Below are positions 54,903 to 63,884 of a stretch of DNA of 64,000 nucleotides, in pieces. Below the pieces are notes generated by a model. It made no database searches and was not told the DNA's origin. It saw only the letters and a list, made by a program, of their open reading frames with translations. The position numbers and the translations under genes were made by a program. Positions within the stretch are counted from its first letter, which is position 1, and every line of letters begins with the position of its first letter. The stretch is from contig JAUSJH010000003.1 in assembly GCA_030647655.1 (NCBI GenBank), positions 11,013 to 75,012 of the forward strand. Reading direction: 5' to 3'. The stretch comes from a bacterium (GTDB lineage Bacteria > Patescibacteriota > Minisyncoccia > Phycocordibacterales > UBA2100).

Positions 54903-56105
54903 TCATTCTTCGGCAAACAATTTCTTCAGCGACGGGACTTCAATATGGGGAGGTTCAAATTTTCTGGTGATGTTGTTATGGGAGTCTATATCGTGAACAA
55001 CTCGCGGGCATGTCCACAGAAGGGAGGGTTCGTTCGGATCGACGCATGCTAGAAGTATCAATTTTTTCCACCTATTGAGTGTGGCGACCCTTTCCGCAGA
55101 AGAACGCAAAGTCTCTGTCTCGAGGCCGACGTGCATTACTCCCCACTCGGTAGTGAGATGCACGGGTCTCCCCAGTTGTTCGCCATACAAGGAGGCAATG
55201 TAATCGTTTTTCTCGGCTGCCAATACATTTCGTAATCGTTGCAACACTAGCATGCCCAAGTGTGGCATATCGTCTATCGTTTTGACCAAAGCCCCGGTTG
55301 CTCGGAGCGCCTTTCGGGAATTGAATAATCCCCAGCGCCCAGCTCCTGTGATTGTTTCGGACATCAAATATGCGCTTATTGCAGAATGTCGCGGCGAAAG
55401 CAGTGACGCAGGATCGTTCAAAATCTTTGAAAGTCCTGCCATGGCCATTGTTCCCGTTACTACGCTACTGCCAAAGATTAGGAATAGCAATTGCTTTCCT
55501 GATGGGCCGATATCGACGATGTACGTTGGACGGTCTAAGTTCTCCCGGAGAAGCATATCTTCGTGCCTCCCGGCTTTACGAGCAGGGAGATCTTCAATCT
55601 TGTTTTCCGAAGGAGCCACGATGAGTCCTTCAAGCGTTATGACGTCTGCTTTCAGGCCGCCTGTCTCACGCGGATAATTGTGCACATTATAAATAATCGT
55701 GCATCTACCTCCCCACGGTGCCCTCTCGATATACGCGTTGCCGTGTTTGTCATATTTCCATCCATCCGTCGAGTGCGCGATAAGCGCACCTGCGTTGTGT
55801 CCGTGATAGAGCATTCCCAAAAGGTCTTCAATGTGTTCTTGAGTCATCCAAGAAAGGTCGATTTTCTCGGAATTCGTTTCTTCTAGAGGGGTTTTGCTAA
55901 CATCTTGGTCTTTCTCGGCTTTCTTTAGTGCATCTTCGACAGATATACGCGGGATATTCTGGAGTTTTTGCGGGGCTGCCCTTCCCGCAAATACTTCATA
56001 CGCAGCAACACCTGCGAGGGCACCGAGCCCTTTGAGAGCTCGACGCCGAGTTGCCTCTGTGTTGCTTTTTCTTGCATCCTCAGGACTCGGCGTTTTTTCG
56101 ACCAT
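54903..56105 (-). CDS. Exported hypothetical protein with Tat-like signal peptide.
   Basis: N-terminus TRRRALKGLGALAGVAAYEVFAGRAAP resembles a twin-arginine signal. Some His/Glu blocks (GHNAGALIAHSTDGW, EWGVMH) are faintly peptidase-like but unassigned. Confidence 0.4.
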   Translation of the reverse strand: MVEKTPSPEDARKSNTEATRRRALKGLGALAGVAAYEVFAGRAAPQKLQNIPRISVEDALKKAEKDQDVSKTPLEETNSEKIDLSWMTQEHIEDLLGMLYHGHNAGALIAHSTDGWKYDKHGNAYIERAPWGGRCTIIYNVHNYPRETGGLKADVITLEGLIVAPSENKIEDLPARKAGRHEDMLLRENLDRPTYIVDIGPSGKQLLFLIFGSSVVTGTMAMAGLSKILNDPASLLSPRHSAISAYLMSETITGAGRWGLFNSRKALRATGALVKTIDDMPHLGMLVLQRLRNVLAAEKNDYIASLYGEQLGRPVHLTTEWGVMHVGLETETLRSSAERVATLNRWKKLILLACVDPNEPSLLWTCPRVVHDIDSHNNITRKFEPPHIEVPSLKKLFAEE

Positions 56106-56109
56106 AGAA

Positions 56110-57393
56110 TTACCCGAGCGAGCTGAAAAGATGCTCTGCTATGCCATCGGCAGGTAGTGTTATCTCTGCTCCACTCGAGAGATTCTTTATCGTGTAGCGC
56201 CCGCTCTCGCGCTCTTTTGCTCCGACCGCGATGACGAAAGGTATCTTCATTTTGTCCGCGTTGCGGATCTGGTCGCCGATGCGCTTTCCTGAAGAATTCA
56301 CCGCCACCGTCACATCCTCGCGCCGCAAACCTTGCGCGAGCTGTACCGCGTGCGACATCGCTTCTGGCTCGACAACGCAGAGCATGAGCTCCGTTGAGGG
56401 CGCGTATGCCGGCATGAGGTTGTGCGTCTCGAGAAAGTCGCGCGCTGTTACGTCTCCCATCGCGAAGCCGACCGCGGGAATCGACTCACCTCCGCCTGCC
56501 TGACCGGTAGGCAGGAAAAGCGAGAGTAAATTGTCGTATCTGCCGCCGCCAAACATGGAGCGGCGGTTGCTCTCATCTGTGTCGTATACCTCGAATACCA
56601 TGCCTGTGTAATAATCAAAACCACGCGTCACCTTCGTATCAACGACCATATTGCGTACGCCCATGTTTTCGAGGACCGTCCGAAGCTCTTCGAGGAAGCG
56701 GCTCGAGGTCGTGAGCTCGAGTTGCTCGAGCACCGAGGCGGCTTTTGCTCCGTTGCCTAAGGCGGTGGCGAGTTGTTTCTCGAAATCTTTAAGCTTTGCA
56801 CGTTTGTCCAAAAGCCGCGTGACCTCGGCGCGTAACTCCTCGGATACGCCGACGTTGTCGTAGATAGCGTTTAGTATCCTTCTATCGGAAACCCGTATCT
56901 CAAAATTGCGCTCGTCCGATCCGAGGGAGCGCATGATCCCGTGTGCGATTGCGATTATCTCCGCATCAGCCTCGACGCCAGAAGCTCCCACGATGTCAGC
57001 ATTCAATTGCCAGTGTTCGCGAAGCCGTCCGTGTTGCGGCCTCTCATAGCGGAACACATTTGGGATTGAGTACCAGCGGGCGGGAAGCGGGATTTCCCTC
57101 TGCCGTGCCGCAATCATGCGCGCGAATGTGGGTGTCATCTCGGGGCGCAGAGTCACCTCGCGCTCCCCGCGGTCGGTAAAGGTATAGGTCTGTTCGTTCA
57201 CTATCTCTTCTGATGTCTTTGAGCGATAGAGCTCGGACGGCTCAAGGATAGAGGCGTTGTATTCCTCGTAGCCGAAAAGCTCGCACACACGTTCCATGTG
57301 CTCGAAGAGGTATCGCTGGACGAACTGGTCTTCGGGATAGAAATCACGAACACCTTTGTAACTTTCGGTAGAGAGCTTTTCGCGCTTTGTCAT
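56110..57393 (-). CDS. hisS: Histidine--tRNA ligase.
   Basis: Class II motifs (GVRDFYPED; motif 2 region; GGGRYDNL) and C-terminal anticodon-binding domain. ATG start. Confidence 0.9.
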   Translation of the reverse strand: MTKREKLSTESYKGVRDFYPEDQFVQRYLFEHMERVCELFGYEEYNASILEPSELYRSKTSEEIVNEQTYTFTDRGEREVTLRPEMTPTFARMIAARQREIPLPARWYSIPNVFRYERPQHGRLREHWQLNADIVGASGVEADAEIIAIAHGIMRSLGSDERNFEIRVSDRRILNAIYDNVGVSEELRAEVTRLLDKRAKLKDFEKQLATALGNGAKAASVLEQLELTTSSRFLEELRTVLENMGVRNMVVDTKVTRGFDYYTGMVFEVYDTDESNRRSMFGGGRYDNLLSLFLPTGQAGGGESIPAVGFAMGDVTARDFLETHNLMPAYAPSTELMLCVVEPEAMSHAVQLAQGLRREDVTVAVNSSGKRIGDQIRNADKMKIPFVIAVGAKERESGRYTIKNLSSGAEITLPADGIAEHLFSSLG

Positions 57394-57416
57394 TCAAGCT
57401 ATTATACCGAAGTCAT

Positions 57417-57842
57417 ATGAAAACGATAGAGAAGCAGCTGATAGTGAAAAAATCGCGCCCCGGCTTGGGGCAAGGGCTCTTTGCCGCTGTGCCGATGGTC
57501 GCGGGCGACTTTGTTGCCGAGTATGCGGGCCCGCGCATACCCACATCACTCGCTGACACGCTAAAGAATCGATATCTGTTTGAGGTAGACGATACGTGGA
57601 CGATCGATGGCTCATCTCCGAACAATGTCGCTCGTCACATCAATCACTCCTGTGTGCCAAACTGTGAAGCCAAGCTTCAGAATGGTAGCGTGTTCGTGTA
57701 CGCAGCACGGGATATTGAGCGGGGAGAAGAGCTTACGATGGATTACGGCTCCGAGTATTTCGACGAATTCATCCGGCCGCAGGGCTGTAAGTGTTCGCGA
57801 TGCGGACGACCCACTACCCGCGCGCAGCGCGTAGTGAATTGA
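57417..57842 (+). CDS. SET-domain protein-lysine methyltransferase-like protein.
   Basis: NHSCVPNC (NHSC motif), ELTMDYG (post-SET ELxxDY) and C-terminal Cys cluster CKCSRCG. Start moved to internal ATG to avoid overlapping the hisS start. Confidence 0.7.
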   Translation: MKTIEKQLIVKKSRPGLGQGLFAAVPMVAGDFVAEYAGPRIPTSLADTLKNRYLFEVDDTWTIDGSSPNNVARHINHSCVPNCEAKLQNGSVFVYAARDIERGEELTMDYGSEYFDEFIRPQGCKCSRCGRPTTRAQRVVN

Positions 57843-59586
57843 GGATGACCACTACGTCGATGACCTCTTGAGTAAGGGCGCCCCATACGGGGGGGATAAA
57901 GCCGAGCGCCGCGATCGCCATGCCGATGACAGAGAACGCAACGCCGCCCCAAATACTTTGCGCGGCAACCCGCATCGCGCGCCGCGCGGTATCGAAAAGT
58001 TCGACGATGAGCATCACATCACGCCCGAGAATGACCGCGTCGGCAGCCTCTATGGCGGCGCTGTTTTCAGTACCGGAAAAGACGATGCCCACCTGTGCCT
58101 CGGCGAGCGCTGGAGCATCGTTCAATCCGTCGCCGACCATGGCGACCACAATATTGCGCTTTTTCATTTCATCGATCGCGGCAAATTTTGTCTCTGGCGT
58201 TTGATCGGCGCGGATGGGGATGCCAAAATGCCCGAACAGGCGTTCCGCATTCTCTGACTTATCACCCGTCAATATTTCCATTTTGACACCCTCCTTATGC
58301 AGTGATCGGAAAAGCGCAGAAACATTGTTTTTTATTTCATCTTCGAACCGCAGGCTGGCAATCTCGCGATCGTTCTCGAGCAGTGAGAGTATAATGCCGC
58401 CCGTAGCATGCACCGGGCTCTTTGTAATTGTGAAACGACTACCTGACACATCGCCCGCGATGCCTCTCCCGATGGTTTCGACGACATTCTTAGCTTCGAG
58501 GAGGGGCGCATTCCGTGCCGTGCGGGCGGTCAAGGTGGCTCGCGCGAGCGGATGGATAGAATGGAATTCTATGGCAGCGGCGATAGAAAGAATTTCAGTT
58601 TCAGAGCGGCGGGTATCGTGTGCCTCGATTGCGGAGAGCCGCGGTTCTCCAAGCGTCAGTGTCCCGGTCTTGTCGAAGAATACAACGCCGACGTGGGAGA
58701 GTTCTTCGAGGGTCGCGGGGCGCTTTACGATGATGTTCTTTCGCGCGGCCCGTGAGAGTCCGCCGATGAAAGCGACCGGCGCGGCGATAATCAATGGGCA
58801 CGGTGTTGCGATGACCAAGACGGCAAGTGCGCGGGAAATTTCGCCTGTGAGGGCGTACGCTCCACCAGCGAGAAGAAGTGTGATTGCGGTAAAGGGGAAG
58901 TTGACACGCTCGGCAAGCCGGACGACCGGAGCCTGATGTTTTTTCGCTTCGTCCACGAGGTGGACAATACGCATATATGTTGACGTCTCGAATCCTCCCT
59001 CGACGGATACTTCGATAGTCTCACCGACGTTTACGTTCCCGCTCTTTATGAACGTGCCGCGGGAGAACGTTATGGGGAGCGGCTCACCGGTTAGATTGGC
59101 TTCGTTCAAAAGAGCCTCCGAAGACCGTAGCGTGCCGTCAAGTGGGACGAGCTCATTCGGCCGAATAATTATTACCTCACCCTCTCGCACATCCTGTATT
59201 GGCTTCTGAATCGTTGAACCGTCCGACATTCGCACGAGACAAGATTTTGGGATCCGCTCGGCAAGTCCGCGTAGTGCGCTCTCGGCGCGCGCCGAGGCGT
59301 ATTCGTCTAGGCTTTCGCCACCCGTTATCATGAGCGCAACGACGGCACCGGCAAGATATTGGTCGGCGAAGAGAGAGACGACCATCGCGAGGAACGCTAT
59401 GTAATCAAGCGAGTACGCACCTCGGCGTATCTTTCCAAACGAGTCCCATACGATCTTCCCAAGACCAATGAAGATGCCCACTGCCCAGAGATATCCGCTG
59501 AAGGGGGAAGTCGATAGAGCCCCAAGCACGAGACATAGAAACACGACTATTGGCATACGGAACTCAGGGCGAAACATTCTTCGCAT
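57814..59586 (-). CDS. P1B-type heavy-metal-translocating P-type ATPase, without N-terminal metal-binding domain.
   Basis: DKTGTLT phosphorylation motif, MVGDGLNDAPALA hinge, TGES-like actuator region. 590 aa. Confidence 0.85.
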   Translation of the reverse strand: MRRMFRPEFRMPIVVFLCLVLGALSTSPFSGYLWAVGIFIGLGKIVWDSFGKIRRGAYSLDYIAFLAMVVSLFADQYLAGAVVALMITGGESLDEYASARAESALRGLAERIPKSCLVRMSDGSTIQKPIQDVREGEVIIIRPNELVPLDGTLRSSEALLNEANLTGEPLPITFSRGTFIKSGNVNVGETIEVSVEGGFETSTYMRIVHLVDEAKKHQAPVVRLAERVNFPFTAITLLLAGGAYALTGEISRALAVLVIATPCPLIIAAPVAFIGGLSRAARKNIIVKRPATLEELSHVGVVFFDKTGTLTLGEPRLSAIEAHDTRRSETEILSIAAAIEFHSIHPLARATLTARTARNAPLLEAKNVVETIGRGIAGDVSGSRFTITKSPVHATGGIILSLLENDREIASLRFEDEIKNNVSALFRSLHKEGVKMEILTGDKSENAERLFGHFGIPIRADQTPETKFAAIDEMKKRNIVVAMVGDGLNDAPALAEAQVGIVFSGTENSAAIEAADAVILGRDVMLIVELFDTARRAMRVAAQSIWGGVAFSVIGMAIAALGFIPPVWGALTQEVIDVVVILNSLRAARG

Positions 59587-59687
59587 TCCGGCATTGTATC
59601 AGTTCTTACTTCATCACGGACCGTTTATGATATACTGCAAGGCCGCGTTTTAATGGACGATTACACGGCATAATTTCGCAAAATCAC

Positions 59688-60065
59688 ATGAAAAAGGGAG
59701 TGCTTATTTTCTGGCTAATCATCGTAGTGCTTATCGTCGTTGGCGTCGGGGCATCGGTCTTTGTGAAAGAGAAGCCGGGGCAACTCGACACCTTCGCGCA
59801 ATGCCTCAAAGACAAAGGCGCCATATTTTATGGCGCGTTCTGGTGTCCGCATTGCCAAGCAACCAAGGCGATGTTCGGTGGCTCAGCGCGGCTACTGCCG
59901 TATGTCGAATGTTCGACTCCAAACGGGCAGGGTCAGTTGCAGATATGTAAAGACAAAAGCGTACAACAGTATCCGACGTGGACATTCGCGAACTCGACGA
60001 CGACATTGACGGGCGAGCGTACGTTGCAGGAATTGTCGCAGGCAAGCGGGTGTCCATTGCCGTAG
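59688..60065 (+). CDS. Membrane-anchored thioredoxin-like protein (BdbA-like).
   Basis: N-terminal TM. WCPHC CxxC motif. Small (125 aa). Confidence 0.6.
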   Translation: MKKGVLIFWLIIVVLIVVGVGASVFVKEKPGQLDTFAQCLKDKGAIFYGAFWCPHCQATKAMFGGSARLLPYVECSTPNGQGQLQICKDKSVQQYPTWTFANSTTTLTGERTLQELSQASGCPLP

Positions 60066-60070
60066 TCAAC

Positions 60071-60601
60071 ATGTCGCTTGAAACGCTAAATTACGTACTT
60101 GCGCTCGGCATACTCGCGATGCAGATAGCTGGCGCTGGATTCCTCGCGCTTTTCTTTCTGCGTGGGAAATTCCCTGATCTTGAAGATGCCGGCCGATTTT
60201 TGGCAGATTGGGGACTTTGGATAGGATTTCTTCTTACGCTCGCGGGCGCGGGGCTCACATTGTATTATTCGGAGGTTTTAGGTTTTGTCCCCTGCGGATG
60301 GTGTTGGGTGCAACGGGTATTCCTCTGGCCGCAGGTAGTCCTCTTCGCTCTCGCTTTGTATAAGCGTGACCGTGCCGTCGCTGATTATTCAATCGCGTTT
60401 TCTATCTTCGGAGGTGCGGCTGCACTATACCAACACTATCTACAAATGGGAGGACACTCTGTCATACCATGCCCCGCCTCGGGCGCAGGCGATTGTGCCC
60501 AACGTTTCCTCTTCGAATTCGGCTACATCACATTTCCCCTCATGGCCGCGACAATCTTCGGATTCTTGATCGTGCTTATGCTTTTCGTCCGTCGGCGTTA
60601 G
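60071..60601 (+). CDS. Disulfide bond formation protein, DsbB family (BdbB/BdbC type).
   Basis: LYYSEVLGFVPCGWCWVQRVFLWP and a second Cys pair CPASGAGDC within a 4-TM protein; a BdbC-like pattern from memory. Confidence 0.7.
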   Translation: MSLETLNYVLALGILAMQIAGAGFLALFFLRGKFPDLEDAGRFLADWGLWIGFLLTLAGAGLTLYYSEVLGFVPCGWCWVQRVFLWPQVVLFALALYKRDRAVADYSIAFSIFGGAAALYQHYLQMGGHSVIPCPASGAGDCAQRFLFEFGYITFPLMAATIFGFLIVLMLFVRRR

Positions 60602-61156
60602 TCCAACTTACAGTACAGACTCGACCCAGTGCCGTTTAAAGTCAGTTATCCACAGCTTTATCCCCTCGGTTATCCACCCCATTTTACGGTCTTTTTGGGG
60701 CAAAATGTCAAATCTTTTGAGGCAAACTTTGATCTTAGGGCGGTACTGTTTTCAGAAGAAAAGATAGATACAGTAACGAAGTGTCGTCGTCTGGCGCGAT
60801 GTCATTTTGGTTCTAAAGGACAAGGCAGGAATTGAGACTGTCCGATAGGAATGCTTTTTGCTAAAGAACATATTGGAGTACCGAATTGTCCATTACGAAT
60901 GTCCTATAAGACATCAGGTAAGAGACATGAGATTTTTTCTGTAAATACTGGAAAGGGGAGCGTGCGGGATGTCAATGCGGACGTTTTATCATAATCGAAA
61001 ATGTTCTCGAGTAATTTCAAGAATGGACGAGAGTGAAGGTGTTATCCGTTGTCCACGGAACTTCATGTTGACCGCATGTGGAGCGTGATACCGTAGAAGC
61101 AGAAAAAGCTCTCTCATAACTTACCCATTTACTAGGATTCACAAATTTTAGAGCTT

Positions 61157-63673
61157 ATGACGTTGACATTAAAGAAAATGTCGGCTGTAGCGGCGATAAT
61201 CGCAGTTTCGCTTCTCGCGGCCAGCATTGTTTTCTTGGGAAACCAGCGTCTTGCTCAAGCCTTAGGTCCAATTAGCCCAATAGGTTCGATAAGTCCGGTA
61301 GGCCTGCCGTTCTCGGATCCGCCGACCGGTAGCCAAATTCTTTGTTATCTTAACCAGCTTGAAGAAGTGAACGGTTTTCCGGTATTACACCCACCACTTC
61401 CCATGTTCGACGTGGGTGAGTGCGCAGGGCCTGCCGTGACAGAATGCTCGAACGGAGATGATGACGATGATGATGGTCTTACCGATGCAGAAGATCCAGC
61501 GTGTCACACGGATGGCAACGCGGGCAATTCGAGCACGTACGACGGTTCTCTCGACGATGAATCTTTGTTCGTCGCGGAGTGCAGGGACGGGCTCGACAAC
61601 GATGATGACGGACATATCGACTTCCCCGATGATCCCGGATGCACGAATGCGAACGATAACTCCGAATCACCGGATCCTTCTCCCGCTCCTGAAAACACAC
61701 TCGCGCTGTGTTCTGATGGAATTGATAATGACGGAGATGGGCTAATCGATCTCGCCGATCCGGATTGTACAGCTTTTAAGCCAAAACTGGTTGTCGTGAA
61801 GACGGTGATCAACGATAACAGTGGCACGAGCACGGTCTCTGATTTCTCTCTCTACATCGGAACAACGACGTCCGCGACAACGTCGGTCATTTCTGGCGCA
61901 ACAACAACTGTCGCGGTGGACTCATGGAAAGTAGGGGAAATTCAAAGATCTGGCTACACAGCGACTTTCGGCGGTGACTGTAATTCGGTCGGAGAGGTAT
62001 CGCTCTCAGTAGGGCAAACTAAGACATGCAGAATCACGAACAATGATGTGGCGCCGGGGGCGCTCGCGTGTGCCGATGGCATAGATAACGACGGCGACGG
62101 ACTCATAGACATGATTGATCCGGGCTGCACATCTGCGCTCGATAATGATGAAACAAACACGTCGGGTGGCGGAGGTGGCGGAGGTGGTGGCGGAGGGACG
62201 ACCGGCACGTTGGTCGTCAAAAAAGTGTTCAGTAGCGGGACCACGACCCCGAGCGAGTTTGCGTTTACGCTAAATGGCGCCGCAACCACGACGTTTGAGG
62301 GCGACGGACAAAATGACCTTACCGTCGCGGCAGGTACATACACCGTTCTTGAAATAGCTACGAGCACCTACACGGCGAGCTATCAAAATTGCGGAGCCGT
62401 CGCGGTAAGTGTTGGGTCTACGACGACATGCACCATCACGAATACCCTAGTCGCCACTTCGTCCACGATGGGCACACTTGTCGTGAAAAAAGTCTTTGGG
62501 AACGGAACGACAACCCCGACGCTCTTCTCATTCTCTCTGAACGGCACTGCGACAACGACGTTTGACGCCGACGGACAGAATGATCTTCTCGTCGCGACCG
62601 GCACGTACTCGGTGCTTGAGGTCGCGAGCTCGACATACAATGCAAGTCACAATAATTGCTCCGGTGTGTTGGTAGCTGCAGGAACGACAACCACCTGCGT
62701 CATCACCAACACGCTTGCAACGAGTACGGCCGCGTGCGCCGACGGGGTGGACAATGATGGCGACGGCAAAATTGATTCGGCGGATGACGGATGTCACATC
62801 GGAAACAATCCGAACATGCCATATGATCCCAGCGATAACAATGAATCCAATCCGGTCTACTCCGACGCGCCTGGAGGCGGCGGCGGAGGGGGTGGCGGCG
62901 GAGGAGGCGGCCCGCCCGTCGGCTACATCGGCACAAGTGGTATCCCTTCGGGCTCGAGCGGTGTCGGAGGTGGAGGGGGAAGCCCGAGTACAGGCAGCGG
63001 TGGCCAGGTCTTAGGAACTTCAACGTCAGCGCCCGCGTCGTGCGATGCCTATCTGACAGCATTCATTAAATCGGGCCAGAACAACAATCCAGAGCAGGTG
63101 CGGCGGCTCCAGACTGTGTTGCGTGATTTTGAAGGCGCCAAGGTCGTTGTAAACGGCGTATACGACGGTGCCACATTGGCGGCCGTGCACGCATTCCAGA
63201 AAAAATACGCACCAGTGATTCTCGCACCATGGGGCATCACAGAATCCACGGGATACGTGTATCTCACCACGCGCAAGAAAGTGAACGAGATATATTGCCG
63301 CGGTACCAAGCAGTTCCCGCTCACTACGGGGGAATTGCAAATCATAAAAAGCTCGCTCAACTCACAAATGAGAGCTTCGAGTCCCGCGTATCTCACACCA
63401 AGTTCAAGTTCCGCGTATCTCACACCAAAACCGACTACCATTACGAGTCAGGCATCGTCTTCATTTTCGTCGTCAAGCATCGTCTCGCAAGTGGGAGGAG
63501 GTGTCTCCACGTCAAGCACATGGAACACATCACAGGGCTCGAGTCTCACTGCCAGCACCTCGGACCGAGCGGGGCCTGACAACAGGACGTGGCTATTGCT
63601 TGCCTTGCTGGTACTTGCCGCGGCTGGCGCGGGATGGTACTTCTGGTCTCGTCCTCCTGTGCCTTTAGGCTGA
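61157..63673 (+). CDS. Large (838 aa) cell-surface protein with signal peptide, five Cys/Asp-rich thrombospondin-type-3-like (putative Ca/metal-binding) motifs, poly-Gly tracts, three beta-sandwich repeats, a peptidoglycan-binding domain and a C-terminal TM anchor.
   Basis: Repeated C-x-DG-x-DNDGDG-x-ID-x-x-DP-x-C motifs (e.g. CADGIDNDGDGLIDMIDPGC). G11 and G13 runs. Two near-identical 80-aa repeats (GTLVVKKVF...TTTCxITNTL). PG_binding_1-like block (GVYDGATLAAVHAFQKKY). Terminal hydrophobic helix. Confidence 0.6.
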   Translation: MTLTLKKMSAVAAIIAVSLLAASIVFLGNQRLAQALGPISPIGSISPVGLPFSDPPTGSQILCYLNQLEEVNGFPVLHPPLPMFDVGECAGPAVTECSNGDDDDDDGLTDAEDPACHTDGNAGNSSTYDGSLDDESLFVAECRDGLDNDDDGHIDFPDDPGCTNANDNSESPDPSPAPENTLALCSDGIDNDGDGLIDLADPDCTAFKPKLVVVKTVINDNSGTSTVSDFSLYIGTTTSATTSVISGATTTVAVDSWKVGEIQRSGYTATFGGDCNSVGEVSLSVGQTKTCRITNNDVAPGALACADGIDNDGDGLIDMIDPGCTSALDNDETNTSGGGGGGGGGGGTTGTLVVKKVFSSGTTTPSEFAFTLNGAATTTFEGDGQNDLTVAAGTYTVLEIATSTYTASYQNCGAVAVSVGSTTTCTITNTLVATSSTMGTLVVKKVFGNGTTTPTLFSFSLNGTATTTFDADGQNDLLVATGTYSVLEVASSTYNASHNNCSGVLVAAGTTTTCVITNTLATSTAACADGVDNDGDGKIDSADDGCHIGNNPNMPYDPSDNNESNPVYSDAPGGGGGGGGGGGGGPPVGYIGTSGIPSGSSGVGGGGGSPSTGSGGQVLGTSTSAPASCDAYLTAFIKSGQNNNPEQVRRLQTVLRDFEGAKVVVNGVYDGATLAAVHAFQKKYAPVILAPWGITESTGYVYLTTRKKVNEIYCRGTKQFPLTTGELQIIKSSLNSQMRASSPAYLTPSSSSAYLTPKPTTITSQASSSFSSSSIVSQVGGGVSTSSTWNTSQGSSLTASTSDRAGPDNRTWLLLALLVLAAAGAGWYFWSRPPVPLG

Positions 63674-63884
63674 TATTTCCTGACTTGTTTAGCTATTCTT
63701 GTACGATACCGGCAGGTAGTTGACGTTTGCTCACTATATCCTTCATATATGAAGGAGCGTTGACCCCGTGAGATAGGCGTAGCGCCGCCATCTCATGGGG
63801 TTGACAGTGGGGGGCGCAGGTATATCTTGTGTGGCGGTCTGCTCTCTCCCATATTTTATTGTTTCTAGTAATTCTCCAAAAACC

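Noticed and set aside
60602-61156. Calling this region oriC.
   Set aside because: Only two good DnaA boxes and no dnaA/dnaN context. Retained as a low-confidence finding rather than a feature.
62163-62910. GGN-triplet runs and near-identical 250-nt tandem blocks considered as possible CRISPR or VNTR array.
   Set aside because: They are in-frame inside a continuous ORF, encoding poly-Gly linkers and duplicated protein domains. Repeat units are not separated by unique spacers.
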